Below, piece after piece: positions 19,187 through 28,687 of a DNA stretch of 64,000 nt. Every line of letters begins with the position of its first letter. Within the stretch, counting starts at the first letter, position 1. The position numbers were made by a program, and so were the translations under genes. The notes under the pieces were generated by a model. The model was not told the DNA's origin. It made no database searches and saw nothing but the letters and a program-made list of their open reading frames with translations. Source of the stretch: an uncultured Spirochaetota bacterium (lineage in GTDB: Bacteria; Spirochaetota; Spirochaetia; SZUA-6; Fen-1364). The stretch spans positions 64,001-128,000 of the forward strand of contig CAWGAA010000003.1 of NCBI GenBank assembly GCA_963820525.1, read 5' to 3'.

Positions 19187-19699
19187 ATGAAGAAGTTTCT
19201 AATGGGCATCCTTGTTATGTTATGTTCTTCGGCCATCGCGATGGCGAGTCCAAACGACCAGAAAAGGGACGGCCATGGCGATTTCCTGCATTTTACCCTG
19301 GAAATTGAAGGCTTGTCTGTTGCAACTTTCACTTCTGTTCATGGGTTGGATATTGAAACCGAGATTATTGAATACAGGGATGGCGAAGACCAGATATTAA
19401 GGAAGCGTCCCGGCAGCACCAAATTTAGCAATCTTGTTTTGAAAGGGGGGACACTTCTCTCCAACGAGCTCTGGGCCTGGTATTGGAGCGTTCTTCAGGG
19501 AAGAGTCGAAAGAAAGAGCGGGTCTGTGGTGGTGACGAACAGCAGTGGAGTGGAAATTGTGCGTTACAATTTCTTTCACGCTTTTCCGTGCAAGTGGAAG
19601 GGATTAAGTTTTGATGGTTTTATGATGGAGAAACCAGTGGAGGAGATCGAATTGGCTGTGGAAGAAATAGCGAGAGTTTCCGGCGGAGACCAGGGTTAG
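19187..19699 (+). CDS. T4 gp19/Afp-type tail-tube protein with N-terminal signal peptide (orphan)
   Basis: FTLEIEG...F..V.GL..E.EIIEYRDG...RKRPG..KFSNLVLK.G...LW.W...G.VERKSGS...RYNF..AFPCKW.G...EEIELAVE matches the eCIS tube signature; preceded by MKKFLMGILVMLCSSAIAMA. Confidence 0.85.
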   Translation: MKKFLMGILVMLCSSAIAMASPNDQKRDGHGDFLHFTLEIEGLSVATFTSVHGLDIETEIIEYRDGEDQILRKRPGSTKFSNLVLKGGTLLSNELWAWYWSVLQGRVERKSGSVVVTNSSGVEIVRYNFFHAFPCKWKGLSFDGFMMEKPVEEIELAVEEIARVSGGDQG

Positions 19700-19802
19700 G
19701 GGAACGCCGACAATCAAGAACTTGTTGCCGAATGGGCCGGCAGATCGAGCATCCGCCGGCCCATTCGCTTAGGGGAACGCTGCAGCTTCGAACACCGGAA
19801 CG

Positions 19803-19967
19803 TCAGGCATTGCCCCTCTTGCCCGCTTCCTTCTGCACCTTTTCAATTGACCGCTTCGCCTCGAGCAGTATCGCCTTCATCCGATCGAGGTCGCCCAATC
19901 GCGCGCTGTTGCCATCCTGGCGCGCCGCTTTCTCGGCTTCCTGCACCACGCCGATGAGATCGTTCAC
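19803..19967 (-). CDS. 54-aa helical ORF coupled to the SCO gene (or gene remnant)
   Basis: GTG overlaps the SCO TGA; MNDLIGVVQEAEKAARQDGNSARLGDLDRMKAILLEAKRSIEKVQKEAGKRGNA. Confidence 0.3.
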   Translation of the reverse strand: MNDLIGVVQEAEKAARQDGNSARLGDLDRMKAILLEAKRSIEKVQKEAGKRGNA

Positions 19968-20689
19968 TCGCTCAAGAGCAATCGAACATCCGTGACGATG
20001 TCGGAGGGCGTTGCGCTCTCGTCCAGATCCACCCGAATTCTTCCGGATCGATCTATGATCTTGAAGGCCGTGGCGTGGGACACATCGTAGCCGCCGCCGA
20101 ATTGCCGCGCGACCGTCTGCGCCAGACTCCTGTCTTTTTCTGAAAGCCCCTTCGCGTATTCTTCGCTCACCGCCTCTTGAGCAGTCGATCCGCTTTCGTA
20201 GTGGTGCTCGGATGCCGCGGAGACATCGGCAAGGTAGCCCTGCCAGACCGGCCTGACTGATGAGAGAGGACCGGTGACGAAATGCCAGGCATCGAAAAGC
20301 CCCACCTCCCTGCTGTATGCCGCGATCGCCTCCGGAGTATCCCGCGCCGGATCGGTTGTCACGGTGACAATCGAGACATTCCTCGCATCACTGCCCAGGA
20401 GCGCGTAGGCCTCTTTCAGCTTGACCGAAAGGAATGGGCACTCATCCGTGCAGTGCGTGAAGATGAACGTGACTACCACGACCTTCCCGCTCGTGTCGGC
20501 CATGCGGAAGGGCATGCCATGCTGGTCGGTGAGCGTAAAATCCTCCGCGGCCGGCGGGTTTGCATAGATCGTGGCTCCAATGAGCCCGGAGGCATTGGCG
20601 CGATCGTCGATCTCGACGTACGCCATCGATGTCCCCGCGGAAGCAAGGAGCACCCAGAGAAAAGCCGTCATGAGCCTCCGTGCCTTCAT
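19964..20689 (-). CDS. SCO1/SenC family copper chaperone
   Basis: Signal peptide, FIFTHCTDECP, VTTDPARDT, YDVSH. Confidence 0.9.
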   Translation of the reverse strand: MKARRLMTAFLWVLLASAGTSMAYVEIDDRANASGLIGATIYANPPAAEDFTLTDQHGMPFRMADTSGKVVVVTFIFTHCTDECPFLSVKLKEAYALLGSDARNVSIVTVTTDPARDTPEAIAAYSREVGLFDAWHFVTGPLSSVRPVWQGYLADVSAASEHHYESGSTAQEAVSEEYAKGLSEKDRSLAQTVARQFGGGYDVSHATAFKIIDRSGRIRVDLDESATPSDIVTDVRLLLSE

Positions 20690-20823
20690 TGTATGAACCT
20701 CATGATTCACTATACGCAGAGACAGGGGGATCCGGTTTTACGAGCGTCACGGCAAATCATGTGCGGATACCGGCCATGGAAGAGGCGCCTCTTAATATAG
20801 TAGATTAGCACTGAGGCCACTGC

Positions 20824-22533
20824 ATGGGGACAATAAACGAGACCGAAGAGCTCTGGAGCCTGGTGAGGCGGAGCATCGTGGGATGGAACGCTTTTGTGGA
20901 CACGCCTTTCGGCAGCCGGAGGCTGACCTATGCCGATTACACGGCCTCCGGGCGCGCCGTAGGCTTTCTTGAAGACTACCTGCGCAGGGTCCTCGAGCTG
21001 TATGGCAATACGCACACTGAAGATGATGCCACCGGGATAGCGACATCCCAGCGGTTGCTCCAGGCGGAGAAGACGATCAAGCGGTTCGTGAACGCTGGAA
21101 AGGACTACAGGCTCATCGCCGTTGGATCCGGGACAACGGCCGCGGTGCACCTTCTTCAACAGATCCTCGGCGTTTACATCCCCCCTGCGGCGAAAGACAT
21201 GCTCGGAAAGCTGGTGAAAGATCGCCTGCCCGAGCAGGAGTTCGAGGGGCTGTCCCGCCACCTGCGGGAAGCGCGGCCCGTGGTCCTGGTAGGCCCCTAC
21301 GAGCATCACTCCAACGAAGTCTCGTGGAGGGAATGCTTCGCGGAAGTGGCGGAGGTGAATCTCACGGCGGACGGGCTTCTGGACCTGGAAGACTTGGAGA
21401 GAAAGGCGTCAAGCGAGAAGTACCGCGGCCGCCGGATGATCGGAGCGTTTTCGGCCGCTTCCAATGTCTCCGGCGTCAAGACGCCGGTCTATGAAGTGGC
21501 GAGGATCCTCCACCGTCATGGAGCCCTTGCTTTCTTCGATTTTGCCGCGCTTGCCCCGTACGAGCGCATCGATGTCAATCGGGACGCGCAGTCGTACTTC
21601 GATGCCATCTACTTCTCCCCGCACAAGCTCATGGGAGGCCCGGGGGCGTGCGGGATCCTCGTCATTCACAGGAAGATCTACCGCGCGGACCTCCCGCCGA
21701 CCGTCGGTGCGGGAGGAACCGTGGATTTCGTAAACTTCGATGGCCAGGAATACAGCCCCGATATCGAGGTACGGGAGAAGCCGGGGACGCCGGGAATAAT
21801 GCAGACCCTCCGCGCCGCCCTTGCCGTCGAGCTGAAGGAAGCCCTTGACCCGCAGATGATCGAGCGGCGCGAAAAAGAGATTACGGCGGAGGCCAGCCTT
21901 CGTCTCCATGGACACCCGGCCATCGAGCTCATGGGAGACGTGGAGCCGCAGCACCGGCTTCCCATTTTCTCCTTCAACATCAGGGTCGGCACTTCGTATC
22001 TTCATCCCCGCTTCATCGCGACGCTCCTCAATGACCTGTTCGGCATCCAGAGCAGGGCCGGCTGCTCGTGCGCCGCCCCCTACGGCCACCGCATCCTCCA
22101 CATCGACGAGGAGAAATCTCGGGCGCTGCGGCGCACCATCATGCGCGGTAATGCCGGACTGAAGCCGGGATGGGCCAGGGTCAACTTCCACTTCCTCCAC
22201 ACCGGGGAGGAGTTCGACTTCATCTGCCGGGCTGTACTCTTCATCACCGAATGGGGCAGCAGCTTCCTCCCCCTCTACAGCTTCGATATCCACACCGGCA
22301 AATGGCGGCATAAGGACTACCATCCCGCCCCGGTGTCCTTCGGGCTGGAGGAGGCTCTGCGGCCGGGCGGCGGCAGCGCGGGCGGTGGGGAGAGCGATGC
22401 CGCGCCTCTGGGAAAGCTCTTCGACCGCTACTTAAGGGAAGCGGAGGAGCTGGCCCGAACGCTCAAGGAAAAGTACGCGGACCAGGAGCTGAAGACGACG
22501 GAGAAAGCCCTGATTCCTTTCGTGTATATGTAA
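20824..22533 (+). CDS. Class V PLP-dependent aminotransferase / cysteine desulfurase-like protein
   Basis: YADYTASGR, YGNTHTE, PYEHHSN, AASNVSG, SPHK, GIQSRAGCSCA. Confidence 0.88.
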   Translation: MGTINETEELWSLVRRSIVGWNAFVDTPFGSRRLTYADYTASGRAVGFLEDYLRRVLELYGNTHTEDDATGIATSQRLLQAEKTIKRFVNAGKDYRLIAVGSGTTAAVHLLQQILGVYIPPAAKDMLGKLVKDRLPEQEFEGLSRHLREARPVVLVGPYEHHSNEVSWRECFAEVAEVNLTADGLLDLEDLERKASSEKYRGRRMIGAFSAASNVSGVKTPVYEVARILHRHGALAFFDFAALAPYERIDVNRDAQSYFDAIYFSPHKLMGGPGACGILVIHRKIYRADLPPTVGAGGTVDFVNFDGQEYSPDIEVREKPGTPGIMQTLRAALAVELKEALDPQMIERREKEITAEASLRLHGHPAIELMGDVEPQHRLPIFSFNIRVGTSYLHPRFIATLLNDLFGIQSRAGCSCAAPYGHRILHIDEEKSRALRRTIMRGNAGLKPGWARVNFHFLHTGEEFDFICRAVLFITEWGSSFLPLYSFDIHTGKWRHKDYHPAPVSFGLEEALRPGGGSAGGGESDAAPLGKLFDRYLREAEELARTLKEKYADQELKTTEKALIPFVYM

Positions 22534-22631
22534 GTGAGACCGCGGATTGCAGCGGCGCTTGAATTGAGACGCGGGTCGCGATTGTCGCCCGATCCGGACC
22601 GGCCGAAATAACGAGAAATCATCCCCTGTTG

Positions 22632-22703
22632 CATGACTTTCGATCCATGACCAATTCATGACCATCGGCACTCACCGTCACGGCGGTCATTTCGTCATAG
22701 TGT
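22632..22703 (+). promoter_or_regulatory. Repeated CATGAC/GTCAT operator upstream of the ABC exporter-TCS operon
   Basis: CATGAC at 22632, 22646, 22657; GTCAT at 22686, 22694; candidate -10 TAGTGT at 22698. Confidence 0.55.
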
Positions 22704-22731
22704 AATCACCTTGGATTCGAGGAGGAACTTC

Positions 22732-23670
22732 ATGAGCTTTGTAGAAATCAAGAACCTGACGAAACGCTATGGAAGCATGACCGCCGTTGACGGCATCAGC
22801 TTCACTATCGAGGAAGGAGAGCTTTTCAGCCTTCTGGGCCCCAACGGCGCCGGCAAGAGCACCTGCATTGGAATGCTGGCTATGCTTACGGAGCCCAGCG
22901 CGGGCGACGCGACGATCGGAGGGCTCTCCGTGCGCGGTAGAAGCCGCGAGCTTCGACGCGGCTGCGGCCTGGTTCCCCAGGAAATAGCGCTCCACGAGGA
23001 GCTGAGCGGCCGCGACAATCTGTTGTTCTGGGGGAGGCTTTACGGCCTTGCGGGGCGCGCTCTGCGCCGGCGCGTGGATGAGCTTCTCCAGCGCATCGGC
23101 CTCAGCGAAAAGGCCTCCAAGCCGGTCAAGAGCTACTCCGGAGGGATGAAGCGCCGCATCAACCTCGCTGCCGGCCTCATCCACAAGCCGAGACTGCTCT
23201 TCATGGACGAACCGACCGTAGGCATCGATCCCCACAGCCGTCGGGCCGTGCTGGACCTGATCGGCGAGCTCAAGCGGGAAGGGACCACGATCCTCTACAC
23301 AACCAACCACATGGCGGAGGCCGAGGAGCTTTCGGACCGCGTGGGCATCGTGGATCATGGCAGGCTCATGGCCGTCGGAACCTGCGCGGAGCTCGCGTCG
23401 AGCATCGGCGGAAACCAGCTTCTGCGGCTGACATTCACGGAAGAGTCCGCCGGGGCCCGGCTTGCCGACCTGCTGAACCGCCTGCCCGGCGCCCGCCTGG
23501 AGACCGAGGGGGCTTCCCTCTCCGTGCTCGCACCCCGGGTACGCGAGCTTCTGCCGCGGGTGATCGAGGCCGCTTCTTCCGCCGGGGCGGTCCTCCAGGG
23601 CGTCGAGATCAGGGAGCCGGACCTGGAGACCGTTTTCCTCACCTATACGGGCCACGAGCTCAGAGACTGA
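22732..23670 (+). CDS. ABC exporter ATP-binding subunit (LnrL-like)
   Basis: GPNGAGKS, YSGGMKRRINLA, MDEPTVGIDP. Confidence 0.93.
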   Translation: MSFVEIKNLTKRYGSMTAVDGISFTIEEGELFSLLGPNGAGKSTCIGMLAMLTEPSAGDATIGGLSVRGRSRELRRGCGLVPQEIALHEELSGRDNLLFWGRLYGLAGRALRRRVDELLQRIGLSEKASKPVKSYSGGMKRRINLAAGLIHKPRLLFMDEPTVGIDPHSRRAVLDLIGELKREGTTILYTTNHMAEAEELSDRVGIVDHGRLMAVGTCAELASSIGGNQLLRLTFTEESAGARLADLLNRLPGARLETEGASLSVLAPRVRELLPRVIEAASSAGAVLQGVEIREPDLETVFLTYTGHELRD

Positions 23671-23682
23671 AAGGAGGACACG

Positions 23683-24438
23683 ATGTCGTTATTCATAATC
23701 GCCTGGCAGGATCTGAAAAGGATGGCAAAGGATCCTGTGGGCCTTGTTCTCATTCTCGCCACACCGCTCGTCTTGATCGTGTCACTCGGAATGGTGTCGG
23801 GCCGCTATCCCGGAAGCCCGGCCCCGGCGGATGGATTCGATGCGCTCTCATACATAGCGCCGGGCATGGCCCTGTTCTTCGTCATGTTCGCCGTGACGCG
23901 CGCAACGCGGATGCTCGCGGAGGACGCGGATCGCGGCCTGAGAGACCGCCTTCGGGCCGCCCCTCTCCGCCCGGTGAGTCTTCTGCTCGCCGGGAGCCTC
24001 TCATTGATTGCCCTGGTGTTCCTCCAGCTGCTCGTGCTCGTCGAGATATCGACGCTTCTCTACCGGCTGAGCTGGGGAGGACAGGGAGAGGTGATCCTGT
24101 TGTCCCTCGCTTTGGCCGGCGCGGCGGGGGGTTGGGGGGCGCTCCTTGCAGCGGTGGGGCGCACACCCACCCGCATCGGCGCCGTCGGCACAGCCCTCAT
24201 GCTGATCTTCGGCATCGTCAGCCGCAGCTTCGCGGCGGTGATCCCAGCGCCTCCGTGGATGGAGAGCGTGGCGCGCATCACTCCAAACTGGTGGGGGATC
24301 CACGGCTTTACCGAGCTTGCCTTCGGAGGCGGTCTCGCCTCCATCGCTTCAGATATCGCCGCGCTCATTGCCATGGGCGCAGCGCTGTTCGCGCTCGCGC
24401 GGTTCGCGGCGCTGATTCGTCCGGGAAAAAGGAACTAG
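23683..24438 (+). CDS. ABC-2 type permease
   Basis: About 6 TM; PGMALFFVMF, ITPNWW. Confidence 0.85.
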   Translation: MSLFIIAWQDLKRMAKDPVGLVLILATPLVLIVSLGMVSGRYPGSPAPADGFDALSYIAPGMALFFVMFAVTRATRMLAEDADRGLRDRLRAAPLRPVSLLLAGSLSLIALVFLQLLVLVEISTLLYRLSWGGQGEVILLSLALAGAAGGWGALLAAVGRTPTRIGAVGTALMLIFGIVSRSFAAVIPAPPWMESVARITPNWWGIHGFTELAFGGGLASIASDIAALIAMGAALFALARFAALIRPGKRN

Positions 24439-24440
24439 CC

Positions 24441-25550
24441 ATGTCAGCAGTTTTCGCCGTTCTCCTGAAAGACCTCAAAGTCCGCTTTTCCACGCCGATT
24501 GAGCTCGCATTCTTCCTCATCCTGCCGCTTCTCTTTACGGTCGTGCTGTCGGGCACGCCATCGGGAAAGACAGAGGCCCGTGAGAACCGCCCCCTGGTGC
24601 TCATAGCGGACGGAGTTCGCTCCACCTCGAGCGGCAAGCTCGCCGAGGCCCTCGCGTCGCTTCCCGGTATCCGGGCGCGCGTTACCAACGACCCCGCGGA
24701 GCTTCTTCGCTCCAGCGAGACCGATCTGCTTCTCTGGATCACGCCCTCGTCCGAGGGGCAGGCGTCGTTTCATGTCGCTTTCAAGCCTTCACCCTGGCAC
24801 GGTGTATCCCCTGCCGTGCAGAGGCTCGGCGCCCTGATCCCCACAGCAGACCCGCTCTCGGAGGATGCAATGAGGCAAGGGTTTGCCGCGGCGGCCTCGG
24901 AGCCGGCATCTACGCCCCAAACGGTGGAGTCTGCAGACCCATCGGACCGCGCGGTTACGGGGAACGCAGGCCAGATCGTCACCTGGGTGCTTGTGCCGCT
25001 CCTCGGCATGGGATCCATCTTCATCTCCGAGCGCAGGCGCGGCACCCTGCGGCGCGCCGCCGCGAGCCCGGCAGGGAGGCCGGCGCTGACCGCGGGAACC
25101 GTGGCGGCGGAGTTCGCGGCTGCCGCCGTGCAGATCGGCCTGCTCCTCCTGTTCGGCTCTCTCATCTACGGATTGCCCGCGGGGTCCCATCCCCTGGAGC
25201 TTGCCCTCCTTTCCCTGGCGTTCTGCGCAGCCGGCGCCGCCCTTGGCGCCGTGCTCGGCCTTGTGTGCCGCACGGAGAGACAGGCCGGTGCCATGAGCAT
25301 CAGCGCGGCCATGATCCTGGCGGTCTTCGGCGGCTGCTGGTATCCGTCATCGCTCTTTCCGGCCGGCTTGAAAAAAGTGCCGGCTTTCAATCCGGCGGGC
25401 TGGGCCATGGATGGCTTCACGTCGCTTCTGTCGCCGGCGGGAAGCGCCGGAGGGGCTCTTCAGGACGCGCTGAAGCTTGCCCTTTTCGCGCTGGCCCTCC
25501 TTTTCATCGTGCTCGCCGCATCCCGCCTTCGGCGAGACAACACGGCATGA
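24441..25550 (+). CDS. ABC-2 type permease
   Basis: KDLK...FFLILP, ERRRGTLRR, GGCWYP, PAGWAM. Confidence 0.85.
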   Translation: MSAVFAVLLKDLKVRFSTPIELAFFLILPLLFTVVLSGTPSGKTEARENRPLVLIADGVRSTSSGKLAEALASLPGIRARVTNDPAELLRSSETDLLLWITPSSEGQASFHVAFKPSPWHGVSPAVQRLGALIPTADPLSEDAMRQGFAAAASEPASTPQTVESADPSDRAVTGNAGQIVTWVLVPLLGMGSIFISERRRGTLRRAAASPAGRPALTAGTVAAEFAAAAVQIGLLLLFGSLIYGLPAGSHPLELALLSLAFCAAGAALGAVLGLVCRTERQAGAMSISAAMILAVFGGCWYPSSLFPAGLKKVPAFNPAGWAMDGFTSLLSPAGSAGGALQDALKLALFALALLFIVLAASRLRRDNTA

Positions 25551-25569
25551 ACGGCGCTATAGTAGGCGA

Positions 25570-26751
25570 ATGAAGCAGCCTTCCACCGCGGGAGGGTTCA
25601 AGAAACCAGGCCAGATCCTCCATGCGGCGGCCTACCTGGCGGTTGTCGGGATCGCGCTCGCCGAGGGGCTGCAGCTCTGGCCGGACATCCGCCTCTATCC
25701 GACGCTCGCCCTCCTGGCCCTCTATACCGCGCTCCTGGCGTTCAGCTTCAGGGTAATGGGCCGGCAAGACAAGAAACTGTTTATCGCATTGACGATCGCC
25801 GAAACACTGTCCGGGGTCGGGGTGATGGTGCTGGGGTCCGGCTACTCCCTGGGAAGCGCTCTCTTCTTCATCCTGGGCACCCTCGTGGCCATGAGTCTCC
25901 CGCTTCTCTGGGCATTGGCATGGGAAACCGTGTTCCTGGGGCTGATCGTTTTCGGATTCACCTATCATGCATCAGAGGGATGGTTCCCGCTCTTCCTCTC
26001 CCTTGTTCCAGCCTTCTTCGGCCTGGTTTCGTTCTCCTTTGCCCTGAAGAGCTCCCACGAGGCGCGCGCGGAAAGCCAGCGCCTCCTCGCCGAGCTTACC
26101 GCGGCGCAGGATCAGCTTCGCTCAATGGCGGTCCTGGAAGAGCGGGAGCGGCTTGCGCGGGAGATGCACGACTCCGTCGGCCACCGCCTCACCGTGGCGA
26201 CGGTCCAGCTGGAGGGGGCGGCCCGTCTGGTTTCGCGCGACCCCGATCGAGCGGAACACATGATCGAGACTTCGCGCGATCAGGTGAGGGAAGGGCTCGC
26301 CGAGCTTCGTCGGGCCGTAAGCGCCCTTCGATCCACGGGGGAGGGAAGCGGTCCCCTTGCCGAAACCCTGCACGCGCTCGCCGCCGCTTTCCAGCGGGCA
26401 TCGGCAACGAGCGTCGAGCTCCGGATCGCTCCCGGCTTCGCGGAGCCCGATGCCGAACGGAGGCTGGTTATCGTCCGCACGGCGCAGGAAGGCCTCACCA
26501 ATGTCCAGAAGCACGCGGAGGCGACGCGCATAGAGATGAGCGTCGCGTTGAAGGGCGGGGCGTATCTGTTTTCATGCGCCGACAACGGCCGCGGCCCGGC
26601 GGGCGGGCCGCGCGATCCGCTCGCCGCCTCGGGGTTCGGCCTTCGCAATCTCGGGGAGCGCGCGGCCGCGTTCGGCGGACGGGTGGAGCTCAAGGCGCGG
26701 GAAGGCGGAGGGGCCGACCTCGTGCTCGTGCTCCCCACCGGCCTCGGGTGA
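25570..26751 (+). CDS. Membrane sensor histidine kinase (HisKA_3 type)
   Basis: Multi-TM; ERERLAREMHDSVGH, QEGLTNVQKHA, DNGRG, GFGLRNL. Confidence 0.93.
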   Translation: MKQPSTAGGFKKPGQILHAAAYLAVVGIALAEGLQLWPDIRLYPTLALLALYTALLAFSFRVMGRQDKKLFIALTIAETLSGVGVMVLGSGYSLGSALFFILGTLVAMSLPLLWALAWETVFLGLIVFGFTYHASEGWFPLFLSLVPAFFGLVSFSFALKSSHEARAESQRLLAELTAAQDQLRSMAVLEERERLAREMHDSVGHRLTVATVQLEGAARLVSRDPDRAEHMIETSRDQVREGLAELRRAVSALRSTGEGSGPLAETLHALAAAFQRASATSVELRIAPGFAEPDAERRLVIVRTAQEGLTNVQKHAEATRIEMSVALKGGAYLFSCADNGRGPAGGPRDPLAASGFGLRNLGERAAAFGGRVELKAREGGGADLVLVLPTGLG

Positions 26752-26756
26752 AGATC

Positions 26757-27434
26757 ATGGCGGGGAAAAAGCGGAGCGTCCGCGGCGTCGGCGTTCTCAT
26801 CGTTGACGATCAGAAGCTCATGCGCGAAGGGCTTCGCACGCTCCTGGAGCTGGAGGGAATCGAGGTCCGGGGCGAGGCGCACGATGGGGCATCCGCGGTG
26901 GAAGCGTACGGGAAGCTGCGGCCCGAAGTGGTTCTCATGGACATCAAGATGCCCGCGATGGACGGCGTGGAGGCGACGAGGCGCATCCGCGCTGGGGACC
27001 CGGATGCGAAAATCCTCGTCCTCACCACTTTCGATGAGGATGCCCTGGTATTCGAGGCCATTCGCGCCGGGGCCCGAGGCTATCTCTTGAAGGACCTGTC
27101 GGGCGCCGAGCTGGCCGAAGCCGTGCGCGACGTCGCGGCCGGCGGCTCCGCGCTTCCCCCGCTCCTGACGAGGCGTGTCGTCGAAGCCTTCGCCCGTCTC
27201 GCCCCGCCCGCCGCCGGGGCAGATCGCCGCCTGCCGGAGCCTCTCACCTCCCGAGAGCGGACCGTGCTTGCTCTCATTGGGCGCGGCCTGTCGAACAAGG
27301 AGATCGCGGGCCGGCTTTTCCTGGCCGAGGGCACGGTGAAGAACCACGTGAGCACGATACTGCAGAAGATCGGCGCGCGCGACCGCACGCAGGCCGCCCT
27401 CGCCGCCCGCGAGCTCGGCCTCCTCGAGAAGTGA
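26757..27434 (+). CDS. NarL/LuxR family response regulator
   Basis: IVDDQ, LMDIKMP, LTTFD, GYLLKD, LTSRE...SNKEIA...GTVKNHVS. Confidence 0.95.
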   Translation: MAGKKRSVRGVGVLIVDDQKLMREGLRTLLELEGIEVRGEAHDGASAVEAYGKLRPEVVLMDIKMPAMDGVEATRRIRAGDPDAKILVLTTFDEDALVFEAIRAGARGYLLKDLSGAELAEAVRDVAAGGSALPPLLTRRVVEAFARLAPPAAGADRRLPEPLTSRERTVLALIGRGLSNKEIAGRLFLAEGTVKNHVSTILQKIGARDRTQAALAARELGLLEK

Positions 27435-27501
27435 TCCAGCCTGCGGCCGGCATCTCCGGAAGGGGCCCGCCTTCATGGGCGCCTGCCGGAGACTCGGGGC
27501 G

Positions 27502-28461
27502 CTAGGGCACGATCCGCGTGCCCGTTTCACCCCGAAGGGCGCGCCCGATGCACTCGGGACTGGTGATGATGGCTTCCTTTCCGCCCGCCTCGAGGTAGGA
27601 GATCACGGCCTGGATCTTCGGTGCCATCGATCCTTTGGCGAAGTGGATACCCTCGGCGAGGTAGCGCCTGGCCTCGGCCAGAGAGAGGCGATCCACCCAT
27701 CTCTCTGAGGGCCTGCCGAAGTCGAGCGCCACTTTTTCCACCGCCGTGGCGATGATGAAGAGGTCTGAGCGAAGCTCGCTGGCCAGGAGGCTGGAGGCGT
27801 AATCCTTGTCGATCACCGCCGCCACCCCCCTGTACTCGCCCTCGCCCACGTCGATCACCGGGATGCCGCCGCCGCCCACCGTGATCACGACCACTCCGAT
27901 CCCGATCACCGCCTTGATGGAATCCAGCTCCACGATCTCCTTGGGAAAGGGCGATGGGACCACGCGCCGCCAGCCGCGCCCCGCGTCCGCGACCACGGCC
28001 CATGACATCGTGCGCTTCCGCCGCTCGGCCTCGGCCTCGTCCATGAAGCCGCCGATGGGCTTCGACGGATTGGCGAAGGCGGGATCGCTCTTGTCCACGA
28101 GCACCTGCGTGATGATGGTGGCCACGTTCTTGTGGATGCCGCGGTGGAACAGCTCGTTCTGCAGGGCCTGCTGAAGCTCGTAGCCGATGGCACCCTGGGT
28201 GTCCGCCACGCACACGTCCAGGGGCACCTCGTGCATCCCCTCCGTCTTGTGCGCGATCTCGGACCTGCGCAGGATGAAGCCTACCTGCGGCCCATTTCCA
28301 TGGCCGATGGCGAGCTCCCACCCCGCCGATATCATGTCCGCGAGGTAGCGGGCGGTTTCCCGAAGCGCGTCTTCCTGGTCCTCGACGCTCTGGTGCCTCG
28401 GGTCCTTGATCAGCGAGTTCCCCCCGATGGCGACGACGGCGACTTTGCTAGGCTCGGCCAT
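27502..28461 (-). CDS. arcC: Carbamate kinase
   Basis: AIGGNSL, HGNGPQVG, GWRRVVPSP, GGGGIPV, AVIDKD, GSMAPK. Confidence 0.95.
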   Translation of the reverse strand: MAEPSKVAVVAIGGNSLIKDPRHQSVEDQEDALRETARYLADMISAGWELAIGHGNGPQVGFILRRSEIAHKTEGMHEVPLDVCVADTQGAIGYELQQALQNELFHRGIHKNVATIITQVLVDKSDPAFANPSKPIGGFMDEAEAERRKRTMSWAVVADAGRGWRRVVPSPFPKEIVELDSIKAVIGIGVVVITVGGGGIPVIDVGEGEYRGVAAVIDKDYASSLLASELRSDLFIIATAVEKVALDFGRPSERWVDRLSLAEARRYLAEGIHFAKGSMAPKIQAVISYLEAGGKEAIITSPECIGRALRGETGTRIVP

Positions 28462-28687
28462 AGGCCACCCCCGATCACCGATATTTGTACATCCGCGGTA
28501 TTGCGCCGTCAACGTGTAACCAAATCGCGCCCAACGTGGTTTTATCTAGTGAGGCATCGCAGGAGAACGCGGCGCCGCGCGAGGGCGCGGCCAGGCTCTC
28601 ACGGGAAGGCCGAAGAGCATTTGTATGTGCGAAGCCTCGGGGCGGCCGCCGGCGCGAGATCCTCTTTTCGGCGACCGCCCGCTTTTT

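Noticed and set aside
18573..22533. Prophage or integrative element at tRNA-Pro
   Set aside because: No integrase, no duplicated tRNA 3' end and no other phage genes seen.
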